A model generated the notes under the pieces. It had not been told where the DNA came from, made no database searches, and saw only the letters and a list, made by a program, of their open reading frames with translations. From assembly GCA_041649675.1 (NCBI GenBank), contig JBAZMQ010000003.1, positions 5,335 through 69,334 of the forward strand: a stretch of 64,000 nucleotides of DNA, written 5' to 3'. Positions 48,953-59,295 of this stretch are shown here, piece by piece (within the stretch, counting starts at the first letter, position 1; every line of letters starts with the position of its first letter). The translations under genes were made by a program, and so were the position numbers. The DNA comes from Patescibacteria group bacterium (GTDB lineage: Bacteria; Patescibacteriota; Patescibacteriia; Buchananbacterales; UBA6539).

Positions 48953-50005
48953 GTGATGAAATACTTGAACATGGTTGTGATTGCCGCAGTGTTGTTGGTA
49001 GTAATGCCGATTTGGGCCGCGGAAAAAATTGAGGTCAAAGACCCGGCCAAACTTATTCCGTCAATTCAAATTGGCGACAAATTGACGCTTAAGCTTTGGG
49101 GCTTTGCCCAAGCGGCGTATGTTGAAAGCGCGGTACCAGATGAATTTCAGTGGACGAATTTGCGTTTACTGGGAAATTTGGATGGCCAGCGAATTGGCCT
49201 GGGATTTGTTTTCAACTTTGCCGACTTACAGCATCCGAACGGAAATTACGTTCGTGAGTTCTATGGCAAAATTAAGCTCACGGATTCATTGGAGGCAAGG
49301 GCTGGCTGGTTGTTAACCTCGGTGGGTAACGGCGAAGCTTTCCCTGGCCCGCCCAAGATTGAAACGGTTTTGTTTCCTCGGAGTCTGGCTTATGGCCAAT
49401 ATGGTACGGGCCTTCAGCTTCGTTGGAATAAAGAACTCTGGTCAGTTGTGGCGGATGTGACCGGTGACACGTCGTTGCCGTTTAGCGATTCTGGCCGATT
49501 CAAGAATTTGGAATTTTCCGCTCGGCTTAAACGGTCATTTCGTGGCCAAGATCGGGAAGTGGGTTATTTGGGTACATCATTTCAGTATACCCAGACAGTC
49601 AACCGTTTTGGTTTTGATGGCCAGTGGCAGCCGATTAAAGAATTGACGCTGCGCGGCGGTATGTTTTATTCGGACTATGAAAGCCAAAGAAAGAGTAATC
49701 GCTTCGGCGGCTTTCTTCTGGCGGCGTATCGGCCCTTGTCTTGGTTTGAATTGCATACCATGGTTGACCAAACCTCGGATTTGTCTAAAGAGTACGAAGA
49801 AATTCAAAAGCAGAAAGACAAACAAGGCAACATCACCTACAAAAAGGTGACAATTCAAACATCGGACTTAACCAATGTCTATTGGACCAACGGGATTCGT
49901 TTTTTGGGTAAGAATGATCGTTGGTCAGCAACCCTTGATTATGAAATGAATTTGGAAGATACAAAATCAGGTTGGTTGCGGGGTCGGCTCCAAGTTCGGT
50001 TTTGA
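48953..50005 (+). CDS. Putative beta-barrel/porin-like protein
   Basis: Signal peptide, alternating amphipathic strands, KLWGFAQ N-terminal strand, C-terminal LQVRF. Confidence 0.6.
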   Translation: MMKYLNMVVIAAVLLVVMPIWAAEKIEVKDPAKLIPSIQIGDKLTLKLWGFAQAAYVESAVPDEFQWTNLRLLGNLDGQRIGLGFVFNFADLQHPNGNYVREFYGKIKLTDSLEARAGWLLTSVGNGEAFPGPPKIETVLFPRSLAYGQYGTGLQLRWNKELWSVVADVTGDTSLPFSDSGRFKNLEFSARLKRSFRGQDREVGYLGTSFQYTQTVNRFGFDGQWQPIKELTLRGGMFYSDYESQRKSNRFGGFLLAAYRPLSWFELHTMVDQTSDLSKEYEEIQKQKDKQGNITYKKVTIQTSDLTNVYWTNGIRFLGKNDRWSATLDYEMNLEDTKSGWLRGRLQVRF

Positions 50006-50067
50006 GGCTGTGGATCAATCAGTAAACGCAAAGAAAAGACAGGAAAGAAAAAAAGGAGCAAAACATT

Positions 50068-50823
50068 ATGGAAGAAACAGTAAAACAACGGATTAAGGAG
50101 TTGGCTTTGGGCATTATAAATGTTCTGGAGTCAAGTCCCGTGATGCTAGACGTTAAATTTCCCACCAAGGCGATCGCTAGTGCCAGAAAAGATGTTGATA
50201 AAGGAAAAGTACATCTGGTGTTAGAATCGCCGATTGAATGGATAAGCCCGACAGTGAAGCTCAAAAAAGAGATTCTGGCCTGGTTGGTTGAAAACACGGC
50301 TGAGATTACTAAACCAGACAGGCGTGAGGCAATAATGAGTCTGGCTTTAACTGAAGCGATTTCTATGTCTAATGCTTCAGACCGCCGTTTTACCCGTCGT
50401 TTTACTTTTGCCTGTGCGGCGGTCTGTTTATTGCTTTGCGTGATTGTTGGTTTTTTGACAAATTGGGCAAATCACCAAAATCAGTATCAGTGGCAGCAGC
50501 AGAAAAAAATTACCCAAGCCATGCGCGAAAAGGTTGAGGCCCAATCAGCCGGAGTGGTGGTGCGTGGATATGACACGGACGGCTGGCTGGTCAACAACAA
50601 CGACTTTGCCGTCAGGATCAAGGCGGTTGGATTAAAAAGATATTCTGGCGGCCATGAAGTATTTGCCGCTGACAGTACTTTGTCTATCAAAGTACTTCTG
50701 CCCGGTGAAATTGAAAGGCGCTGGGTTCAACCAGGCCTTAAGTTCTTTGTTCTTAATATGGCTGGCGGGGAAATCGGTTTGATTATTCCCCAAGATCCAT
50801 ATCAGTATTCACAACCAACATAA
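50068..50823 (+). CDS. Hypothetical membrane protein
   Basis: AAGGAG RBS, central TM. Confidence 0.6.
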   Translation: MEETVKQRIKELALGIINVLESSPVMLDVKFPTKAIASARKDVDKGKVHLVLESPIEWISPTVKLKKEILAWLVENTAEITKPDRREAIMSLALTEAISMSNASDRRFTRRFTFACAAVCLLLCVIVGFLTNWANHQNQYQWQQQKKITQAMREKVEAQSAGVVVRGYDTDGWLVNNNDFAVRIKAVGLKRYSGGHEVFAADSTLSIKVLLPGEIERRWVQPGLKFFVLNMAGGEIGLIIPQDPYQYSQPT

Positions 50824-50960
50824 GTTGGACTGGATAAAACTAAAAGCGCTTACAGTAATGTGGGCGCTTCTTTTTATACATGAAGGATACAAACATTTGT
50901 ATTGCAATAAAAAAAGAGCTGATTAGCTTTTTTGCTTTTCAGCTCGGTGTTTTAACTTGG

Positions 50961-52031
50961 TTACAGCCTTACTATCCGGCCAGTTGAAGCCGATTTATAC
51001 ATCGCTTCAATCAATTCTACGGCTGGCCTGCCTTCACGGCCGTCAATAAGCGGGACGCGGTTGTCTATAATGGCCGCCGCGAAATCCTCAATTTGGAGCT
51101 GGTGACCTTTGGTTTTTAAGCTGGCCATTGGGTCGCTTCCGGCTGCTCCGGTTTCGGATTCTTTCTCTTCCATCAATTTTTCAACTTCGGCGTCAACTAG
51201 TTGCTTTTTTTGGAAGTTCCAGGTAACGAGTTTGCCATCTTCAATGACGGCGCGGCCACTTGAACCGTAAATTTCCAGTCTCGCTGTTCCGCCGGGCCAA
51301 AGGGCAGTACTGGCTTCAATCGTGCCGAAAGCACCGTTGGCAAACTTAAGCTGGGCCGTGATCAAATCTTCCGTTCCCAACTCCCGAAGTTTTTGATGGA
51401 CGGCGCATTGACTCTGCGCCCAGACTTGTTTTACTTGGCCCATAATCATTCCGAGCAGGTCAATGTAATGGATTCCCTGGTTCATTGCGGCTCCGCCACC
51501 ATCAAGATTTTTTGTTCCGCGCCAAGCGGCGCCGGTGTAGTATTCTTCGGGGCGATACCATTTGATGTAGGCATTGCCTAAAATGAGTTGACCAAACCGT
51601 CCTTCTTGCAGGGCTTGCCAGACAAGCTGAACAGCTTTGGTGTACCGGGTTTGAAAGATACAACCGAGCAAAACGTCAGACGCATCAGCGGCGGTAATCA
51701 TCCTGTCGATTCTGGCGGTTGTTACCTCCAGCGGTTTTTCGGCCAGAACGTGTTTACCGGCTTTGAGGCAGGTAATCGCAATGTTTTGGCGCAGGCCGGA
51801 TGGTACACAAAGGCAAACGGCCTGGACAGCAGGGTCTTTTAGCATCTTTCGGTAGTTGCTGTAGGCTTTGACGCCCGGATATGTGGCGGCTAGTTTCCGG
51901 GCTCTTTCCAGGATGACATCGGAAACAGCCACCAACTCGGCGTTAGACGATTGGTTGATGGCCGCGGCGTGAACTGGTCCGATATTTCCCACACCAATGA
52001 TTGCAAATCCAACTTTTTTTAACATAGTCAC
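50961..52031 (-). CDS. Gfo/Idh/MocA oxidoreductase
   Basis: GVGNIG, AGKHVLAEKP, DGGGAAMNQGIHYID. Confidence 0.92.
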   Translation of the reverse strand: MTMLKKVGFAIIGVGNIGPVHAAAINQSSNAELVAVSDVILERARKLAATYPGVKAYSNYRKMLKDPAVQAVCLCVPSGLRQNIAITCLKAGKHVLAEKPLEVTTARIDRMITAADASDVLLGCIFQTRYTKAVQLVWQALQEGRFGQLILGNAYIKWYRPEEYYTGAAWRGTKNLDGGGAAMNQGIHYIDLLGMIMGQVKQVWAQSQCAVHQKLRELGTEDLITAQLKFANGAFGTIEASTALWPGGTARLEIYGSSGRAVIEDGKLVTWNFQKKQLVDAEVEKLMEEKESETGAAGSDPMASLKTKGHQLQIEDFAAAIIDNRVPLIDGREGRPAVELIEAMYKSASTGRIVRL

Positions 52032-52174
52032 TGTCCTCCTCTAAAATTGTTGCTGCGGTTGTTGGCTTTCGCTGCCTGGCAATATGTTATTAAATTATGG
52101 CCGGTTTGTCAATTTGGGTAACTAATCTTTTGTAAACAAAAAATACCTTAGCTAAGGTATTTTTTTGGCAGTTA

Positions 52175-52549
52175 TTATCTTTTTTGGTCTATTATAATGC
52201 AGGAATCGTGGATACATTCAATTTTATTTTTCTGGCAAAAGTCAATTGCTCTTTGACTTTCACTGCCCGGCTGTAACCAAACTTTTTTTATGCCTAATTT
52301 TTTTGCTTCTTCTAAAATCGTTTCGGTAATTGGCGGCGGCACAACAAAAATTGCCACATCAATTTTAACTGGTACGACAGTTAAAAGCGGATAGGCTTTA
52401 ATATTTAAAAGTTCCTTTAAACTGGGATTAATCGGAATGACTTTGAAGCCGGCTTCTTTTAAATCTTTAAAAACTTTGAAACCGTATTTTTCCTGATTGG
52501 CACTGGCGCCAATAACAGCATAAGTAAAATTTTTATCAATCATAATCAT
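52175..52549 (-). CDS. CoA-binding protein (YccU-like)
   Basis: AVIGAS..KYG..PINP..VWLQPG.ES. Confidence 0.9.
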   Translation of the reverse strand: MIMIDKNFTYAVIGASANQEKYGFKVFKDLKEAGFKVIPINPSLKELLNIKAYPLLTVVPVKIDVAIFVVPPPITETILEEAKKLGIKKVWLQPGSESQRAIDFCQKNKIECIHDSCIIIDQKR

Positions 52550-52704
52550 TTAAGTTAATGATTATATTATAGTGGTTAATTTAAATTTTGACTAATTGAC
52601 AAAAATAGGTTAAGAAGTTATAGGAAGTTAATGGTGCGTAACTTTACAATTTAATAGTGTCAAGGAAACAATTAAGGCTGAATAAGAGATAGGAGGAACT
52701 TGCC

Positions 52705-54237
52705 ATGGCAATGCAAGTACAGAATGATTCAGTTACCGCCAATGGAACAAGCGCTGGTGGTAACGACCATCAGCCAATTGTTTCGTTGGCCGCTGCCAAG
52801 CCAATTAGTGCGTTGGCTCAAGCAACTATTTGGGCCGATCAAGAGGAAAAAGCTTTATTGCTTCAGCTAAAAATGGGTGAACAAACCCGTGACCAGCTCA
52901 TGGCTTGGGCCGTAAAAAGCCAAGATTTTAATCACGATCGGGCAACCTATACTGCCCTTTCTCAGCGTCTTATCAGACATCTGGGTAATTTGGTAGCAAA
53001 AGAATCAGCCGTTAAGATTAATGGTAATGTGCCGAGATGGAAAGCAGCAAGAAGTCTGCTGTTAAGCGCTCTGGTTAGTTTTAACCAACAATCGTCAGTC
53101 CTGTTACCTTCGGGTAAGGCTTGCCCAAAATCAGGGCGCGGTGGTTTGAGAGTGGCTTCAGCTTCTAAGGACAGTGAGCTTAAATTATTACTTGAAGAAA
53201 TCGTTCAGGCAGGCCAAGCTGGTATTGATACTCGAATTCTGAAGGCTAAACCCGGTCGGGAACCGCAGTTATTAATCCAAAATTTGCAGTACTTGCGGAC
53301 AAAAGGTTTGATCCGTAATATTGGCGGAATAACCAAAGCCGGGGCAATTTGGCAAGCAACGCCAGAGGGTCAAAAAAGATCTCAAAGCGATGCTCCAGTT
53401 GGATCGGCTATGCCAGAATCGGTTAGTGAGAATACCATCCCGTCAATTACCGAGCCAGGCAGCAACGGAGTATCTGACAAGGCTTCTGAAAAGGTTCCTT
53501 TTAAAATCAAGGCTCGCAAAAAGCCTCCCAGAAGACCGAGAGAAGTAAAAGAAAAAGAAGTGCTGTTTGAACCACTACGGCGGAAAAATCCGCTGCCATC
53601 AGAACCGCCAGCCCAGACTAAGTCACCAGATATAATGAGCGTGCCTGAGATTGATGAATTAGTTTTAAAGTTCCTCGAAGATTATGACTGGCAACAGACA
53701 CCAAAAGACTTGGCTGGGGCGCTAAAAACTGAAGGCCGGTTTTACGGTTTAGATGTTTCCCTTTGGGGGAAAGATATGGTTGAAAACAAAATTGTTGTGC
53801 CGGCAATACAAAGGTTGGCTGGTTCTAAGAGACTGCGCATTGCTATTGACAAAAACCACTGCCAACCGATTGATCGAGACGTAGAGATATTGCCGCGAGT
53901 ACCTTTAGTCGCCAAGAAACCGCCGTCAGTTAAATCTGAATGGGTAACAATTTCTGATAAGGAAGCCGCTGATAACCGTCGGGTGCCGGTTGACCCTGAA
54001 GAATGGTGTCTGGTGGCACTAGAATTGCTTTCAGCCGCTCCTTCTCAAGGGTTTTCAGTGACTAAGGTTGCTGAAATATTCAAGCACCAAGGCTCAACCA
54101 GCTACCGGCCAGACCCAAAACGGAATTTTGAAAAAATCTTAGGCAATTTGGCCGTGGCTTTCAGATCCCTAAAAGAGTGTAACCAAATTATGATCATTAA
54201 TCCGGATCAAGATCCCTGGCACTATCAGCTTTATTAA
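52705..54237 (+). CDS. Large hypothetical protein
   Basis: AGGAGG RBS, 510 aa, upstream TTGACA. Confidence 0.65.
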   Translation: MAMQVQNDSVTANGTSAGGNDHQPIVSLAAAKPISALAQATIWADQEEKALLLQLKMGEQTRDQLMAWAVKSQDFNHDRATYTALSQRLIRHLGNLVAKESAVKINGNVPRWKAARSLLLSALVSFNQQSSVLLPSGKACPKSGRGGLRVASASKDSELKLLLEEIVQAGQAGIDTRILKAKPGREPQLLIQNLQYLRTKGLIRNIGGITKAGAIWQATPEGQKRSQSDAPVGSAMPESVSENTIPSITEPGSNGVSDKASEKVPFKIKARKKPPRRPREVKEKEVLFEPLRRKNPLPSEPPAQTKSPDIMSVPEIDELVLKFLEDYDWQQTPKDLAGALKTEGRFYGLDVSLWGKDMVENKIVVPAIQRLAGSKRLRIAIDKNHCQPIDRDVEILPRVPLVAKKPPSVKSEWVTISDKEAADNRRVPVDPEEWCLVALELLSAAPSQGFSVTKVAEIFKHQGSTSYRPDPKRNFEKILGNLAVAFRSLKECNQIMIINPDQDPWHYQLY

Positions 54238-54410
54238 GTATTTGACACCTTCCCTAATTGTTATTTGCATCAGCTCACACGTAATTTAGTGTGAGCTCTT
54301 TTTTTATTGATTTTATTGGTATTTATTTAACTAGACAACTATTTTTTAAAGCGCTATAATAGTTTTATCGCAAATAAAATTATTAATTTTTTAGTTTAAA
54401 AATAAAAATT

Positions 54411-54737
54411 ATGGCAGAATTCACATTTACCGACCAAAACTTTGATCAGGAGGTAATCAAATCAGATGTTGCCGTGCTTGTTGATTTTTGGGCACCTTGG
54501 TGTGGCCCTTGTAAAATGCAAGGTCCGATTTTAGACGAAGTGGCTAAAGCTTATGAAGGCAAAAAAATAAAGATTGGCAAACTTAATGTTGACCAAGCGC
54601 CGCAATCAGCTTCTCGTTTTCAAATTATGAGTATTCCTACTTTAATGATTTTTAAAGATGGCAAACCAATTGATCAAATGATGGGAGTCCAAGATAAAAA
54701 TATTTTGCAACAGAAACTTGATAAGTTAATAGGGTAA
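54411..54737 (+). CDS. trxA: Thioredoxin
   Basis: DFWAPWCGPCK. Confidence 0.97.
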   Translation: MAEFTFTDQNFDQEVIKSDVAVLVDFWAPWCGPCKMQGPILDEVAKAYEGKKIKIGKLNVDQAPQSASRFQIMSIPTLMIFKDGKPIDQMMGVQDKNILQQKLDKLIG

Positions 54738-54795
54738 TAATTAATAGCAAAGAGCCGCCCTTTTGGGGCGTCTTTTCGTCTCTTGGTGGGTTTTA

Positions 54796-55755
54796 ATGTC
54801 TCAGGAACAATATGACATCATTATAATTGGCGGAGGGCCAGCTGGCTTAACAGCTGGTCTTTATGCGTCTCGTCGGACGTTGAAAGTTTTGGTTTTAACC
54901 AAAGATTTAGGCGGCCAAGCGGCCATTACTTATGATGTAGAAAATTATCCCGGTCTTGATTTAATAGATGGTTTTACTTTAATGCAGCGTTTTGCCGATC
55001 AGGCCAAAAAGTTTGGTTCCGAAATTCGCTATGGTCAAGTGGAAAGTGTCAAAAAAGAAAAAGATATTTTCGTAGTTACTACTTTGGATAAAAAAACTTT
55101 TCGCAGCCGGTCTTTAATTTTAGCCTTTGGTCTTTTGCCGCGAGATTTGAATGCCCCTGGTGAACAAAAGTTTAAAGGCCGTGGTGTTTCTTATTGTGCC
55201 ACTTGTGATGGCCCGCTTTATAAAAATAAAACCGTAGCGGTGGTTGGCGGCGGTAATGCGGCTTTGGACGCAGCTGAGTACTTAGCGAAATTAGTTTCCA
55301 AACTTTATCTAATTCACCGTCGTGATCAATTCCGCGGTGAGGAATTCGTAGTTGAGCGCTTGAAAAAGGATCCAAAGATTGAAATGGTTTTAAGTTCAGA
55401 GATTTTAGAAATCAAAGGCAACCAATTTGTTGAATCAATTGTAATTAAAAATAACGGCCACGATAAAACTAAGGAGTTGAAAGTTGATGGTGTATTTGTT
55501 GAAATTGGTTACACCGCCAAAACTGAGTTTATTAAAAATTTAGTTAAAATTAATGAGCGCGGTGAAATAATTACCGATAAAGATTCAAATACTTCACAGC
55601 CTGGTGTGTTTGGCTGTGGTGATGTGACGGATTGTTCATATAAACAAATCGTAATCTCTGCCGGCGAAGGCGCCAAAGCCGCTTTGCAAGCTTATAAATA
55701 TCTTTGCCTTTGTGACGGCCAAAAGATTTTACCGGATTGGGAAAGGAAGAAATAA
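54796..55755 (+). CDS. trxB: Thioredoxin reductase
   Basis: GGGPAG, GVSYCATCDG, GGGNAA. Confidence 0.95.
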   Translation: MSQEQYDIIIIGGGPAGLTAGLYASRRTLKVLVLTKDLGGQAAITYDVENYPGLDLIDGFTLMQRFADQAKKFGSEIRYGQVESVKKEKDIFVVTTLDKKTFRSRSLILAFGLLPRDLNAPGEQKFKGRGVSYCATCDGPLYKNKTVAVVGGGNAALDAAEYLAKLVSKLYLIHRRDQFRGEEFVVERLKKDPKIEMVLSSEILEIKGNQFVESIVIKNNGHDKTKELKVDGVFVEIGYTAKTEFIKNLVKINERGEIITDKDSNTSQPGVFGCGDVTDCSYKQIVISAGEGAKAALQAYKYLCLCDGQKILPDWERKK

Positions 55756-55941
55756 CACGGTCAACCGTTAATCGTTTACAGTTCACCGACAAATGTAATC
55801 CCGAAAGGGTTATTTTTATGCCCTTCTTTTTCATTTCGTAATCAGTTATAATATCTAGGTTATTAGGTCGTTAGACATTAGATCCTAAAGCCTAATAACC
55901 CTGCCTGTCGGCAGGCAGGTTAAAATCTAACAACCTAAACT

Positions 55942-57138
55942 ATGCCATTGCAAGTTTCAAAACGAGCTCAAAAAGTTATTGCTTCACCAATCCGCAAATT
56001 TTTGCCTTTGGTCAAACAGGCCGAGAAGAGAGGAATTAAAATTTTTAAGCTTAATGTTGGTGATCCTGATTTGACTCCGCCAGCTCAACTTTTGCAAACC
56101 ATTAAAAAGTATAATCAACCTAATTTGGGTTATGCACCATCGCCGGGAATTACGGAGCACACCCAGGCTTGGGTGAAATATTATAGTCACTACGGTATCA
56201 AAATAAAACCGGAAAATATTATTCCGACTGTTGGTGGCGCTGAAGCGATTTTATTGGCCATGCTGGCCGTGGCTGATGCCGGTGATGAAATTATTGTTTT
56301 TGAACCGCTTTATACCAGTTACAAAGGTTTTGCCGCTATGGCCGATATTAAATTGGTACCAGTAACTTTGAAAGTGGAAAATAATTTTCATCTGCCTTCG
56401 GAAAAAGAAATTACTAAAAAGATTACTAAAAAAACTAAAGCCATTGTTGTCATCAATCCTAACAATCCAACTGGTACGATTTTGTCTGATCAGGAAATTA
56501 AAACCATTATTAAAATTGCTAGAAAGTATCATTTGTTTATCATCTCCGATGAAACCTATCGGGAAATTGTTTTTACGTCAAAACCAAACAGTTTGCTTAA
56601 ATATCCACTCGCAAAAAATTACGCTATTATTGTTGACAGCGTCTCCAAAAGATTTTCTTGTCCGGGAGCCAGAATCGGCTGCGTGGCTAGTTATAATCAA
56701 GAAGTGGTTTGGTCAATTCTAAAGTTTGCCATGATTAGGCTTTCAGTCCCGACCTTGGAACAATATGGCCTGGTTTCATTGCTGAAAAATCCCAAACCTT
56801 ATACCAAAAAGATTACGGCTGAGTATAAAAAGCGCTGCGATGTTTTAATTTCGGCTTTGCAAAAAATGCCCGGCGTGATTTGTCAAAAACCACAGGGTGC
56901 TTTTTATTTAATTGCTAAATTACCCATTGATAATTCAGAGAATTTTATTAAATGGCTTTTGACCAAATTTAACTATCAGAAAAAATCTTTGCTTTTAACG
57001 CCAACAGCCGAGTTTTACATTACTCCGAATCAAGGTAGAAATGAAACCAGAATTGCTTATGTTTTAAATACTCAAAAGATTAAGGAGGCAATGGTAGTTT
57101 TGCAAAAAGCCTTAGAGCAATATCCGGGCAAAAAATAA
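55942..57138 (+). CDS. PLP-dependent aminotransferase class I/II
   Basis: NPNNPTG, SDETY, SVSKRFSCPGARIG. Confidence 0.93.
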   Translation: MPLQVSKRAQKVIASPIRKFLPLVKQAEKRGIKIFKLNVGDPDLTPPAQLLQTIKKYNQPNLGYAPSPGITEHTQAWVKYYSHYGIKIKPENIIPTVGGAEAILLAMLAVADAGDEIIVFEPLYTSYKGFAAMADIKLVPVTLKVENNFHLPSEKEITKKITKKTKAIVVINPNNPTGTILSDQEIKTIIKIARKYHLFIISDETYREIVFTSKPNSLLKYPLAKNYAIIVDSVSKRFSCPGARIGCVASYNQEVVWSILKFAMIRLSVPTLEQYGLVSLLKNPKPYTKKITAEYKKRCDVLISALQKMPGVICQKPQGAFYLIAKLPIDNSENFIKWLLTKFNYQKKSLLLTPTAEFYITPNQGRNETRIAYVLNTQKIKEAMVVLQKALEQYPGKK

Positions 57139-57218
57139 AAACGGCTGATGCCGTTTTGGAATATAAATAAACTTTCCCTTAAAGATTTTAAGGTTAAAGT
57201 TTTTTGTCTGCAGCCAAT

Positions 57219-57407
57219 TTAAGGCTGCAGATTTTGTTTGATTGAGCGCAGTAGCACTTCGTTTAATTCTTCCATTAGCAGTAAATCATGAATAACAGCT
57301 TTAACCTTGGGGTCTTTAGCCTTGGTTACCATTTTTCGGTAGCAGTCTTGGAGCTTTAATTCCGCCGCCAGTGCCTCTTGGGCATGAAGAGATAAAATTT
57401 CAGTCAT
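57219..57407 (-). CDS. Small ferritin/coat-like helical protein
   Basis: EAL..E..Y..A.DP.VK...L..EE pattern. Confidence 0.55.
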   Translation of the reverse strand: MTEILSLHAQEALAAELKLQDCYRKMVTKAKDPKVKAVIHDLLLMEELNEVLLRSIKQNLQP

Positions 57408-57623
57408 ACCTTTTTAATTATTAATGGGGCAAAATTTAGCGTAGCGTTAAAAAAATCATCCGTCAATAAGCCTTTTTTGGCTTATTTTATTAAAAAAAAT
57501 TGACAATAGCAAAAAAATACGTTAAATTTATATAATTATTTTGGGTTATTAACTGTTTAGTCACAGTTTTTAAAAAATTTTGCCCAGTTTTATCCCAATT
57601 TATCCAGGTAGCTAAAAAGAATT

Positions 57624-58235
57624 ATGTTTTATCCTAATTTGCGACACGAAAAGAACTTACGGAGAAAAGGTTTTTTTTATATTGCCGGGTTAGATGAAGT
57701 CGGCCGCGGTGCTTGGGCCGGACCAATTGTGGCAGCAGCAGTAATTTTAGATCCCAAATTAAAAATCAAAGGCATTAAAGATTCAAAAAAATTAAGAAGC
57801 CCCGACCGCAAAGAAATTTTTGAAAAAATTATTGGTTCGGCTGTTGCTTGGTCAGTTGGTATAGTCAGTCATGAAATTATTGATCAGATTGGAATCAACC
57901 AGGCCAATGTTTTGGCAATGCAACAGGCTTTGGAAAAAATTACGCCGCAACCAGATCATTTATTGGTTGATGCGATATCTTTTGATTATAAAAATCTGCC
58001 TTTGAAAGCAATAATCAAGGGTGATTATAAAATTACTTCAGTTGCTGCCGCTTCAATCGTGGCTAAAGTTACCCGTGATCAGATTATGGATGACTTAGAC
58101 GAAATGTATCCGCAGTACGGCTTTAAACAGCACAAAGGTTATGGTACCAATCAGCATCATCAAATGTTGATGAAATATGGCGTTTGCCAAATCCACCGCC
58201 GAACCTATCAGCCAATTAAGTATTTAATTAGTTAG
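57624..58235 (+). CDS. rnhB: Ribonuclease HII
   Basis: GLDEVGRG, DSKKL, AAASIVAKVTRD, HKGYGT. Confidence 0.97.
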   Translation: MFYPNLRHEKNLRRKGFFYIAGLDEVGRGAWAGPIVAAAVILDPKLKIKGIKDSKKLRSPDRKEIFEKIIGSAVAWSVGIVSHEIIDQIGINQANVLAMQQALEKITPQPDHLLVDAISFDYKNLPLKAIIKGDYKITSVAAASIVAKVTRDQIMDDLDEMYPQYGFKQHKGYGTNQHHQMLMKYGVCQIHRRTYQPIKYLIS

Positions 58236-58282
58236 CAAATTGGTGTATACTGGTATTAGTTTTAGTTTTTAATAATTAGCTT

Positions 58283-58834
58283 ATGGTTTATATTTCTGGC
58301 GGTCGGGAGCTTTTAGATCCTGATCAAATTTTGGCCAAAATTAATATTAAAACCGGCGATCAGATTGCGGATTTAGGTTGCGGCGGGGCTGGTCATTTTA
58401 TTGCTCCTTTGGCCCGTTTAGTTGGTGACCAAACTAAAATTTATGCCGTTGATATTATGAAAACGGTTTTAAGAGCAATTACCAGCAAAGCCCGGCTGGA
58501 AGGGATAAATAATATCCGGCCGATTTGGTCAGATCTAGAAAATGTTGGTGCGACCAATATTACACCTGACAGTTTGGATGCGGCGGTATTGGTTAATGTC
58601 TTGTCTTTATCAAAAAAAAGAGAAAATATTTTGAAAGAGGCCTTGCGTTTATTAAAAAAAGGTGGTAAATTGTTAATCGTTGATTGGAATAAAGTACCTA
58701 CGACCTTTGGTCCGCCGCTAGAGCAAAGGGTCAAAGATGAAGAAGTAAAAGAAATCGCTAGCCGCTTAAATTATAAATTCGATCAAGAGTTTGCCGCTGG
58801 TAAATATCACTTCGGTTTAATTTTAATAAAATAA
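58283..58834 (+). CDS. Class I SAM-dependent methyltransferase
   Basis: IADLGCG, LKKGGKLLIVDW. Confidence 0.88.
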   Translation: MVYISGGRELLDPDQILAKINIKTGDQIADLGCGGAGHFIAPLARLVGDQTKIYAVDIMKTVLRAITSKARLEGINNIRPIWSDLENVGATNITPDSLDAAVLVNVLSLSKKRENILKEALRLLKKGGKLLIVDWNKVPTTFGPPLEQRVKDEEVKEIASRLNYKFDQEFAAGKYHFGLILIK

Positions 58835-59235
58835 TGAATTATCTTAAAAGTTTTTTCAACTTAAGCCATCTATTTAATCTAAGGCCGCAAGCCATGACCA
58901 ATTCAGCGGTTATTACTTTAGCGGTCGTTTTTGGTCTTTTAATAATTTTAAGCTTGGCCGCTTGGTTGTATATCAATAAAACTAAGGATGGTTTGAAACT
59001 AAAGGGTTTGCGTCGGCTGTTTCATCTGTTTTTATCAATGGGCATTTCTGGATTTATTTATTTATTTTTTGCCTGGCAGGGAGTAGCCATTTTAGCCTCG
59101 CGGTTTTGGCTATTGATTTGGGCAATAGTTTTAGTTATTTGGTTATTGTTTATTGTTAAATATTTATTCAAGGAAGTACCAAAGTTACGTTCAGAAATTG
59201 AAGAAAAAAGAAAGTTTGCCAAATATCTTCCTTAG
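58834..59235 (+). CDS. Hypothetical membrane protein
   Basis: Three TMs, ends KYLP. Confidence 0.7.
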   Translation: MNYLKSFFNLSHLFNLRPQAMTNSAVITLAVVFGLLIILSLAAWLYINKTKDGLKLKGLRRLFHLFLSMGISGFIYLFFAWQGVAILASRFWLLIWAIVLVIWLLFIVKYLFKEVPKLRSEIEEKRKFAKYLP

Positions 59236-59295
59236 TTAATTAAAAAAATTGAGCCAATCAACTTAGCGCCTGTTTGGCGCTTTTTGTTTTACAGA

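Noticed and set aside
43600-50823. Prophage or integrase island at the tRNA cluster
   Set aside because: No integrase, phage structural genes or long-range att pair found.
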